A program made the position numbers and the translations under genes. Shown here in pieces: positions 51,801 through 62,800 of a stretch of 64,000 bases of DNA (the stretch's first letter is position 1; each line of letters starts with the position of its first letter). This stretch comes from Eledone cirrhosa (lineage: Eukaryota): positions 15,934,001 to 15,998,000 of the forward strand of contig OZ024744.1 of assembly GCA_964016885.1 (NCBI GenBank), written 5' to 3'. Below the pieces are notes generated by a model that was not told the origin of the DNA, did no database searches, and worked only from the letters and a program-made list of their open reading frames with translations.

Positions 51801-54800
51801 GAAGGAAGTTGGAGAAGGAGAATATGAAGGAAGTTGAAGGAGGAGAATATGAAGTAAGTTGAAGAAGGAGAATCTGAAGGAAGTTGGAGGAGAGTATGAA
51901 GGAAGTTGGAGAAGGAGAATATGAAGGAAGTTGAAGGAGGAGAATATAAACGAATTTGGAGAAGGAGAGTATGAAGGAAGTTGAAGGAGAAGAATATGAA
52001 GGAAGTTGAAGGAGAATCTGAAGGAAGTTGGAGAAGGTGAGTATGAAGGAAGTTAGAGAAGGAGAATATGAAGGAAATTGAAGGAGGAGAATATGGACGA
52101 AGTTGGAGAAGGAGAGTATGAAGGAAGTTGAAGAAGGAGAATCTGAAGGAAGTTGGAGGAGAGTATGAAGGAAGTTGGAGAAGGAGAGTAGGAAGGAAGT
52201 TGAAGGAGGAGAATATGAACGAAGTTGGAGAAGGAGAATGTGAAGGAAGTTGATGTAGGAGAATATGAAGGAAGTTGAAAAGGAGAATCAGAAGGAAGTT
52301 GGAGAAGGAGAGTATGAAGGAAGTTGAAACAGGAGAATCTGAAAGAAGTTGGAGAAGTAGAGTATGAAGGAAGTTGGAGAAGGAGAATATGAAGGATGTT
52401 GAAGGAGGAGAATATGAAGGAAGTTGGAGAAGGAGAGTATGATGGAAGTTGGAGAAGGAGAATATGAAGGAAGTTGGAGAAGGAGAGTATGAAGGAAGTT
52501 GGAGAAGGAGAATATGAAGAAAGTTGGAGAAGGAGAGTATGAAGGAAGTTGATGGAGAAGAATATGTAGGAAGTTGAAGAAGGAGAATCTGAAGGAAGTT
52601 GGAGAAGGAGAGTATGAAGGAAGTTGGAGAAGGAGAGTATGAAGGAAGTTGGTGAAGGAGAGTATGAAGGAAGTTGAAGGAGGAGAATATGAAGTAAGTT
52701 GAAGAAGGAGAATCTGAAGGAAGTTGGAGGAGAGTATGAAGGAAGTTGGAGAAGGAGAATATGAAGGAAGTTGAAGGAGGAGAATATAAACGAATTTGGA
52801 GAAGGAGAGTATGAAGGAAGTTGGAGAATGAGAATCTGAAGGAAGTTGGAGAAGGAGAGTATGAAGGAAGTTTGAGAAGGAGAATCTGAAGAATGTTGGA
52901 GAAGGAGAGTACGAAGGAAGTTGAAGGAGAAGAATATGAAGGAAGTTGAAGAAAGAGAATATGAAGGAAGATGGAGGAGGAGAGTATGAAGGAAGTTGGA
53001 GGAGGAGAGTATGAAGGAAGTTGGAGAAGGAGAGTATGAAGGAAGTTGGTGAAGGAGAATCTGAAGAAGTTGGAGAAGGAGAGTATGAAGGAAGTTGAAG
53101 GAGAAGAATATGAAGGAAGTTGAAGAAAGAGAATCTGAAGGAAGTTGGAGAAGGAGAATATGAAGGAAGTTGAAGGAGGAGAATATGAAGGAAGTTGGAG
53201 AAGGAGAATCAGAAGGAAGTTGGAGAAGCACAGAATGAAGGAAGTTGAAGAAGGAGAATCTGAAAGAAGTTGGAGAAGGAGAGTATGAAGGAAGTTGAAG
53301 AAGGAGAATCTGAAGGAAGTTGGAGAAGGAGAGTATGAAGGAAGTTGAAGGAGAAGAATATGAAGGAAGTTGAAGAAGGAGAATCTGAAGGAAGTTGGAG
53401 CAGGAGAGTATGAAGGAAGTTGGAGAAGGAGAGTATGAAGGAAGTTGGAGAAGGAGAGTATGAAGGAAGTTGAAGGAGGAGAATATGAAGTAAGTTGAAG
53501 ATGGAGAATCTGAAGGAAGTTGGAGGAGAATATGAAGGAAGTTGGAGAAGGAGAATATGAAGGAAGTTGAAGAAGGAGAATATAAACGAATTTGGAGAAG
53601 GAGAGTATGAAGGAAGTTGGAGAATGAGAATCTGAAGGAAGTTGGAGAAGGAGAGTATGAAGGAAGTTTGAGAAGGAGAATCTGAAGGAAGTTGGAGAAG
53701 GAGAGTACGAAGGAATTTGAAGGAGAAGAATATGAAGGAAGTTGAAGAAAGAGAATATGAAGGAAGATGGAGGAGGAGAGTATGAAGGAAGTTGGAGAAG
53801 GAGAGTATGAAGGAGGTTGGAGGACGAGCGTATGAAGGAATTTGGAGGAGGAGAGTATGAAGGAAGTTGGAGAAGGAGAGTATGAAGGAAGTTGGAGAAG
53901 GAGAATCTGAAGAAAGTTGGAGAAGGAGAGTACGAAGGAATTTGAAGGAGAAGAATATGAAGGAAGTTGAAGAAAGAGAATATGAAGGAAGATGGAGGAG
54001 GAGAGTATGAAGGAAGTTGGAGAAGGAGAGTATGAAGGAGGTTGGAGGACGAGCGTATGAAGGAAGTTGGAGGAGGAGAGTATGAAGGAAGTTGGAGAAG
54101 GAGAGTATGAAGGAAGTTGGAGAAGGAGAATCTGAAGAAGTTGGAGAAGGAGAGTATGAAGGAAGTTGAAGGAGAAGAATATGAAGGAACTTGAAGAAAG
54201 AGAATCTGAAGAAAGTTGAGAAGGAGAATATGAAGGAAGTTGAAGGAGGAGAATGTGAAGGAAGTTGGAGGAGGAGAATCAGAAGGAAGTTGGAGAAGCA
54301 CAGAATGAAGGAAGTTGAAGAAGGAGAATCTGAAAGAAGTTGGAGAAGGAGAGTATGAAGGAAGTTGAAGAAGGAGAATCTGAAGGAAGTTGGAGAAGGA
54401 GAGTATGAAGGAAGTTGAAGGAGAAGAATATGAAGGAAGTTGAAGAAGGAGAATCTGAAGGAAGTTGGAGCAGGAGAGTATGAAGGAAGTTGGAGAAGGA
54501 GAGTATGAAGGAAGTTGGAGAAGGAGAGTATGAAGGAAGTTGAAGGAGGAGAATATGAAGTAAGTTGAAGATGGAGAATCTGAAGGAAGTTGGAGGAGAA
54601 TATGAAGGAAGTTGGAGAAGGAGAATATGAAGGAAGTTGAAGAAGGAGAATATAAACGAATTTGGAGAAGGAGAGTATGAAGGAAGTTGGAGAATGAGAA
54701 TCTGAAGGAAGTTGGAGAAGGAGAGTATGAAGGAAGTTTGAGAAGGAGAATCTGAAGGAAGTTGGAGAAGGAGAGTACGAAGGAAGTTGAAGAAGGAGAA

Positions 54801-54861
54801 TCAGAAGGAAGTTGGAGAAGGAGAGTATGAAGGAAGTTGGAGAAGGAGAATATGAAGGAAG
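48821..54861 (+). repeat. Tandem ~3-kb duplication (offset 2,978 bp) nested in the second 11.6-kb unit
   Basis: 392-aa ORFs 49075..50253 and 52053..53231; same marker order as 37200-43240. Confidence 0.88.
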
Positions 54862-56859
54862 TTGAAAGAGGAGAATATGAAGGAAGTTGAAGGAGGAGAG
54901 TATGAAGGAAGTTGAAGGAGAAGAATATGAAGGAAGTTGAAGAAGGAGAATCAGAAGGAAGTTGGAGAAGGAGAGTATGAAGGAAGTTGGAGAAGGAGAA
55001 TATGAAGGAAGTTGAAGGAGGAGAATATGAAGGAAGTTGGAGAAGGAGAGTATGAAGGAAGTTGGAGAAGGAGAATATGAAGGAAGTTGGAGAAGGAGAG
55101 TATGAAGGAAGTTGGAGAAGGAGAATATGAAGAAAGTTGAAGGAGGAGAGTATGAAGGAAGTTGGAGAAGGAGAGTATGAAGGAAGTTGAAGAAGGAGAA
55201 TCTGAAGGAAGTTGGGGAAGGAGAGTATGAAGGAAGTTGAAGGAGAAGAATATGAAGGAAGTTGAAGAAAGAGAATATGAAGGAAGATGGAGGAGGAGAG
55301 TATGAAGGAAGTTGGAGAAGGAGAGTATGAAGGAGGTTGGAGGAGGAGCGTATGAAGGAAGTTGGAGGAGGAGAGTATGAAGGATGTTGGAGAAGGAGAG
55401 TATGAAGGAAGTTGGAGAAGGAGAATCTGAAGGAAGTTGGAGAAGGAGAGTATGAAGGAAGTTGAAGGAGAATATGAAGGAAGTTGGAGAAGGAGAATAT
55501 GAAGGAAGTTGAAGGAGGAGAATATAAACGAATTTGGAGAAGTAGAGTATGAAGGAAGTTGAAGGAGAAGAATATGAAGGAAGTTGAAGGAGAATCTGAA
55601 GGAAGTTGGAGAAGGTGTGTATGAAGGAAGTTAGAGAAGGAGAATATGAAGGAAATTGAAGGAGGAGAATATGGACGAAGTTGGAGAAGGACAGTATGAA
55701 GGAAGTTGAAGAAGGAGAATCTGAAGGAAGTTGGAGGAGAGTATGAAGGAAGTTGGAGAAGGAGAGTATGAAGGAAGTTGAAGGAGGAGAATATGAACGA
55801 AGTTGGAGAAGGAGAATATGAAGGAAGTTGAAGTAGGAGAATATGAAGGAAGTTGAAGAAGGAGAATCAGAAGGAAGTGGGAGAAGGAGAGTATGAAGGA
55901 AGTTGAAACAGGAGAATCTGAAAGAAGTTGGAGAAGTAGAGTATGAAAGAAGTTGGAGAAGGAGAGTATGAAGGAAGTTGAAACAGGAGAATATGAAGGA
56001 AGTTGGAGAAGGAGAGTATGAAGGAAGTTGGAGAAGGAGAATATGAAGGAAGTTGGAGAAGGAGAGTATGAAGGAAGTTGGAGAAGGAGAATATGAAGAA
56101 AGTTGGAGAAGGAGAGTATGAAGGAAGTTGAAGGAGAAGAATATGTAGGAAGTTGATGAAGGAGAATCTGAAGGAAGTTGGAGAAGGAGAGTATGAAGGA
56201 AGTTGGAGAAGGAGAGTATGAAGGAAGTTGGAGAAGGAGAGTATGAAGGAAGTTGAAGGAGGAGAAGATGAAGTAAGTTGAAGAAGGAGAATCTGAAGGA
56301 AGTTGGAGGAGAGTATGAAGGAAGTTGGAGAAGGAGAATATGAAGGAAGTTGAAGGAGGAGAATATAAACGAATTTGGAGAAGGAGAGTATGAAGGAAGT
56401 TGGAGAACGAGAATCTGAAGGAAGTTGGAGAAGGAGAGTATGAAGGAAGTTTGAGAAGGAGAATCTGAAGGATGTTGGAGAAGGAGAGTACGAAGGAAGT
56501 TGAAGGAGAAGAATATGAAGGAAGTTGAAGAAGGAGAATATGAAGGAAGTTGGAGAAGGAGAGTATGAAGGAAGTTGGAGAAGGAGAATATGAAGGAAAT
56601 TGAAGGAGGAGAATATGAACGAAGTTGGAGAAGGAAAATATGAAGGAAGTTGAAGAAGGATAATCTGAAGGAAGTTGGAGGAGAGTATGAAGGAAGTTGG
56701 AGAAGGAGAGTATGAAGGAAGTTGAAGGAGGAGAATATGAACGAAGTTGGAGAAGGAGAATATGAAGGAAGTTGAAGAAGGAGAATCAAAAGGAAGTTGG
56801 AGAAGGAGAATATGAAGGAAGTTGAAGGAGGAGAATATGAAGGAATTTGGAGAAGGAGA

Positions 56860-59800
56860 GTATGAAGGAAGTTGGAGAAGGAGAATATGAAGGAAGTTGA
56901 AGAAGGAGAATCTGAAGGAAGTTGGGGAAGGAGAGTATGAAGGAAGTTGAAGGAGAAGAATATGAAGGAAGTTGAAGAAAGAGAATATGAAGGAAGATCG
57001 AGGAGGAGAGTATGAAGGAAGTTGGAGGAGGAGAGTATGAAGGAAGTTGGAGAAGGAGAGTATGAAGGAAGTTGGAGAAGGAGAATCTGAAGAAGTTGGA
57101 GAAGGAGAGTATGAAGGAAGTTGAAGGAGAAGAATATGAAGGAAGTTGAAGAAAGAGAATCTGAAGGAAGTTGGAGAAGGAGAATATGAAGGAAGTTGAA
57201 GGAGGAGAATATGAAGGAAGTTGGAGAAGGAGAATCAGAAGGAAGTTGGAGAAGCACAGAATGAAGGAAGTTGAAGAAGGAGAATCTGAAAGAAGTTGGA
57301 GAAGGAGAGTATGAAGGAAGTTGAAGAAGGAGAATCTGAAGGAAGTTGGAGAAGGAGAGTATGAAGGATGTTGAAGGAGAAGAATATGAAGGAAGTTGAA
57401 GAAGGAGAATCTGAAGGAAGTTGGAGCAGGAGAGTATGAAGGAAGTTGGAGAAGGAGAGTATGAAGGAAGTTGGAGAAGGAGAGTATGAAGGAAGTTGAA
57501 GGAGGAGAATATGAAGTAAGTTGAAGATCGAGAATCTGAAGGAAGTTGGAGGAGAATATGAAGGAAGTTGGAGAAGGAGAATATGAAGGAAGTTGAAGAA
57601 GGAGAATATAAACGAATTTGGAGAAGGAGAGTATGAAGGAAGTTGGAGAATGAGAATCTGAAGGAAGTTGGAGAAGGAGAGTATGAAGGAAGTTTGAGAA
57701 GGAGAATCTGAAGGAAGTTGGAGAAGGAGAGTACGAAGGAAGTTTGAGAAGGAGAATCTGAAGGAAGTTGGAGAAGGAGAGTATGAAGGAAATTGGAGAA
57801 GGAGAATATGAAGAAAGTTGAAGGAGGAGAGTATGAAGGAAGTTGGAGAAGGAGAGTATGAAGGAAGTTGAAGAAGGAGAATCTGAAGGAAGTTGGGGAA
57901 GGAGAGTATGAAGGAAGTTGAAGGAGAAGAATATGAAGGAAGTTGAAGAAAGAGAATATGAAGGAAGATGGAGGAGGAGAGTATGAAGGAAGTTGAAGGA
58001 GAAGAATATGAAGGAAGTTGAAGAAAGAGAATCTGAAGGAAGTTGGAGAAGGAGAATATGAAGGAAGTTGAAGGAGGAGAATATGAAGGAAGTTGGAGAA
58101 GGAGAGTCTGAAGGAAGTTGGAGAAGCACAGAATGAAGGAAGTTGAAGAAGGAGAATCTGAAAGAAGTTGGAGAAGGAGAGTATGAAGGAAGTTGAAGAA
58201 GGAGAATCTGAAGGAAGTTGGAGAAGGAGAGTATGAAGGAAGTTGAAGGAGAAGAATATGAAGGAAGTTGAAGAAGGAGAATCTGAAGGAAGTTGGAGCA
58301 GGAGAGTATGAAGGAAGTTGGAGAAGGAGAGTATGAAGGAAGTTGGAGAAGGAGAGTATGAAGGAAGTTGAAGGAGGAGAATATGAAGTAAGTTGAAGAT
58401 CGAGAATCTGAAGGAAGTTGGAGGAGAATATGAAGGAAGTTGGAGAAGGAGAATATGAAGGAAGTTGAAGAAGGAGAATATAAACGAATTTGCAGAAGGA
58501 GAGTATGAAGGAAGTTGGAGAATGAGAATCTGAAGGAAGTTGGAGAAGGAGAGTATGAAGGAAGTTTGAGAAGGAGAATCTGAAGGAAGTTGGAGAAGGA
58601 GAGTACGAAGGAAGTTGAAGGAGAAGAATATGAAGGAAGTTGAAAAATGAGAATCTGAAGGAAGTTGGAGAAGGAGAATATAAAGGAAATTGAAGGAGGA
58701 GAATGTGGACGAAGTTGGAGAAGGAGAATATGAAGGAAGTTGAAGGAGGAGAATATTAAGGAAGTTGAAGGAGGAGAATATGAACGAAGTTGGAGAAGAA
58801 GAATATGAAGGAAGTTGAAGAAGGAGAATCTGAAGGAAGTTGGAGGAGAGTATGAAGGAAGTTGGAGAAGGAGAGTATGAAGGAAGTTGAAGGAGGAGAA
58901 TATGAACGAAGTTGGAGAAGGAGAATATGAAGGAAGTTGAAGAAGGAGAATCAGAAGGAAGTTGGAGAAGGAGAGTATGAAGGAAGTTGGAGAAGGAGAA
59001 TATGAAGGAAGTTGAAGGAGGAGAATCTGAAGGAAGTTGGAGGAGAGTATGAAGGAAGTTGGAGAATGAGAGTATGAAGGAAGTTGAAGGAGGAGAATAT
59101 GAACGAAGTTGGAGAAGGAGAATATGAAGGAAGTTGAAGTAGGAGAATATGAAGGAAGTTGAAGAAGGAGAATCAGAAGGAAGTTGGAGAAGGAGAGTAT
59201 GAAGGAAGTTGAAACAGGAGAATCTGAAAGAAGTTGGAGAAGTAGAGTATGAAGGAAGTTGGAGAAGGAGAATATGAAGGATGTTGAAGGAGGAGAATAT
59301 GAAGGAAGTTGGAGAAGGAGAGTATGATGGAAGTTGGAGAAGGAGAATATGAAGGAAGTTGGAGAAGGAGAGTATGAAGGAAGTTGGAGAAGGAGAATAT
59401 GAAGAAAGTTGGAGAAGGAGAGTATGAAGGAAGTTGAAGGAGAAGAATATGTAGGAAGTTGAAGAAGGAGAATCTGAAGGAAGTTGGAGAAGGAGAGTAT
59501 GAAGGAAGTTGGAGAAGGTGAGTATGAAGGAAGTTGGAGAAGGAGAGTATGAAGGAAGTTGAAAGAGGAGAATATGAAGTAAGTTGAAGAAGGAGAATCT
59601 GGAGGAAGTTGGAGGAGATTATGAAGGAAGTTGGAGAAGGAGAATATGAAGGAAGGTGAAGGAGGAGAATATAAACGAATTTGGAGAAGGAGAGTATGAA
59701 GGAAGTTGGAGAATGAGAATCTGAAGGAAGTTGGTGAAGGAGAGTATGAAGGAAGTTTGAGAAGGAGAATCTGAAGGATGTTGGAGAAGGAGAGTACGAA

Positions 59801-62800
59801 GGAAGTTGAAGGAGAAGAATATGAAGGAAGTTGAAGAAGGAGAATATGAAGGAAGTTGGAGAAGGAGAGTATGAAGGAAGTTGGAGAAGGAGAATATGAA
59901 GGAAATTGAAGGAGGAGAATATGAACGAAGTTGGAGAAGAAAAATATGAAGGAAGTTGAAGAAGGATAATCTGAAGGAAGTTGGAGGAGAGTATGAAGGA
60001 AGTTGGAGAAGGAGAGTATGAAGGAAGTTGAAGGAGGAGAATATGAACGAAGTTGGAGAAGGAGAATATGAAGGAAGCTGAAGAAGGAGAATCAGAAGGA
60101 AGTTGGAGAAGGAGAATATGAAGGAAGTTGAAGGAGGAGAATATGAAGGAATTTGGAGAAGGAGAGTATGAAGGAAGTTGGAGAAGGAGAATATGAAGGA
60201 AGTTGGAGAAGGAGAGTATGAAGGAAATTGGAGAAGGAGAATATGAAGAAAGTTGAAGGAGGAGAGTATGAAGGACGTTGGAGAAGGAGAGTATGAAGGA
60301 AGTTGAAGAAGGAGAATCTGAAGGAAGTTGGGGAAGGAGAGTATGAAGGAAGTTGAAGAAGGAGAATCTGAAGGAAGTTGGAGCAGGAGAGTATGAAGGA
60401 AGTTGGAGAAGGAGAGTATGAAGGAAGTTGGAGAAGGAGAGTATGAAGGAAGTTGAAGGAGGAGAATATGAAGTAAGTTGAAGATCGAGAATCTGAAGGA
60501 AGTTGGAGGAGAATATGAAGGAAGTTGGAGAAGGAGAATATGAAGGAAGTTGAAGAAGGAGAATATAAACGAATTTGGAGAAGGAGAGTATGAAGGAAGT
60601 TGGAGAATGAGAATCTGAAGGAAGTTGGAGAAGGAGAGTATGAAGGAAGTTTGAGAAGGAGAATCTGAAGGAAGTTGGAGAAGGAGAGTACGAAGGAAGT
60701 TGAAGGAGAAGAATATGAAGGAAGTTGAAAAATGAGAATCTGAAGGAAGTTGGAGAAGGAGAATATTAAGGAAATTGAAGGAGGAGAATGTGGACGAAGT
60801 TGGAGAAGGAGAATATGAAGGAAGTTGAAGGAGGAGAATATTAAGGAAGTTGAAGGAGGAGAATATGAACGAAGTTGGAGAAGAAGAATATGAAGGAAGT
60901 TGAAGAAGGAGAATCTGAAGGAAGTTGGAGGAGAGTATGAAGGAAGTTGGAGAAGGAGAGTATGAAGGAAGTTGAAGGAGGAGAATATGAACGAAGTTGG
61001 AGAAGGAGAATATGAAGGAAGTTGAAGAAGGAGAATCAGAAGGAAGTTGGAGAAGGAGAGTATGAAGGAAGTTGGAGAAGGAGAATATGAAGGAAGTTGA
61101 AGGAGGAGAATATGAAGGAAGTTGGAGAAGGAGAGTATGAAGGAAGTTGGAGAAGGAGAATATGAAGGAAGTCGGAGAAGGAGAGTATGAAGGAAGTTGG
61201 AGAAGGAGAATATGAAGAAAGTTGAAGGAGGAGAGTATGAAGGAAGTTGACGGAGAAGAATATGAAGGAAGTTGAAGAAGGAGAATCTGAAGGAAGTTGG
61301 AGAAGGAGAATATAAAGGAAATTGAAGGAGGAGAATGTGGACGTAGTTGGAGAAGGAGAATATGAAGGAAGTTGAAGGAGGAGAATATTAAGGAAGTTGA
61401 AGAAGGAGAATCAGAAGGAAGTTGGAGAAGGAGAATATGAAGGAAGTTGAAGGAGGAGAATATAAACGAATTTGGAGAAGGAGAGTATGAAGGAAGTTGG
61501 AGAATGAGAATGTGAAGGAAGTTGGAGAAGGAGAGTATGAAGGAAGTTTGAGAAGGAGAATCTGAAGGATGTTGGAGAAGGAGAGTACGAAGGAAGTTGA
61601 AGGAGAAGAATATGAAGAAAGTTGAAGAAGGAGAATCTGAAGGAAGTTGGAGAAGGAGAGTATGAAGGAAGTTGGAGAAGGAGAATATGAAGGAAATTGA
61701 AGGAGGAGAATATGACCGAAGTTGGAGAAGGAGAATATGAAGGAAGTTGAAGAAGGATAATCTGAAGGAAGTTGGAGGAGAGTATGAAGGAAGTTGGAGA
61801 AGGAGAGTATGAAGGAAGTTGAAGGAGGAGAATATGAACGAAGTTGGAGAAGGAGAATATGAAGGAAGCTGAAGAAGGAGAATCAGAAGGAAGTTGGAGA
61901 AGGAGAATATGAAGGAAGTTGAAGGAGGAGAATATGAAGGAATTTGGAGAAGGAGAGTATGAAGGAAGTTGGAGAAGGAGAATATGAAGGAAGTTGGAGA
62001 AGGAGAGTATGAAGGAAATTGGAGAAGGAGAATATGAAGAAAGTTGAAGGAGGAGAGTATGAAGGACGTTGGAGAAGGAGAGTATGAAGGAAGTTGAAGA
62101 AGGAGAATCTGAAGGAAGTTGGGGAAGGAGAGTATGAAGGAAGTTGAAGAAGGAGAATCTGAAGGAAGTTGGAGCAGGAGAGTATGAAGGAAGTTGGAGA
62201 AGGAGAGTATGAAGGAAGTTGGAGAAGGAGAGTATGAAGGAAGTTGAAGGAGGAGAATATGAAGTAAGTTGAAGATCGAGAATCTGAAGGAAGTTGGAGG
62301 AGAATATGAAGGAAGTTGGAGAAGGAGAATATGAAGGAAGTTGAAGAAGGAAAATATAAACGAATTTGGAGAAGGAGAGTATGAAGGAAGTTGGAGAATG
62401 AGAATCTGAAGGAAGTTGGAGAAGGAGAGTATGAAGGAAGTTTGAGAAGGAGAATCTGAAGGAAGTTGGAGAAGGAGAGTACGAAGGAAGTTGAAGGAGA
62501 AGAATATGAAGGAAGTTGAAAAATGAGAATCTGAAGGAAGTTGGAGAAGGAGAATATAAAGGAAATTGAAGGAGGAGAATGTGGACGAAGTTGGAGAAGG
62601 AGAATATGAAGGAAGTTGAAGGAGGAGAATATTAAGGAAGTTGAAGGAGGAGAATATGAACGAAGTTGGAGAAGAAGAATATGAAGGAAGTTGAAGAAGG
62701 AGAATCTGAAGGAAGTTGGAGAAGGAGAATATAAAGGAAATTGAAGGAGGAGAATGTGGACGAAGTTGGAGAAGGAGAATATGAAGGAAGTTGAAGGAGG

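Larger units (their letters stand above)
33287..56552 (+). repeat. Near-perfect tandem duplication, unit 11,621 bp (about 33287-44907 and 44908-56552)
   Basis: ORF-track pairs are all offset by exactly 11,621: 33544/45165, 35791/47412, 35880/47501, 36467/48088, 37454/49075, 40152/51773, 40432/52053. AATATTAAGG occurs at 33320 and 44941. The only differences I noticed are 42569 G vs 54190 C and 42650 A vs 54271 G. Confidence 0.93.
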
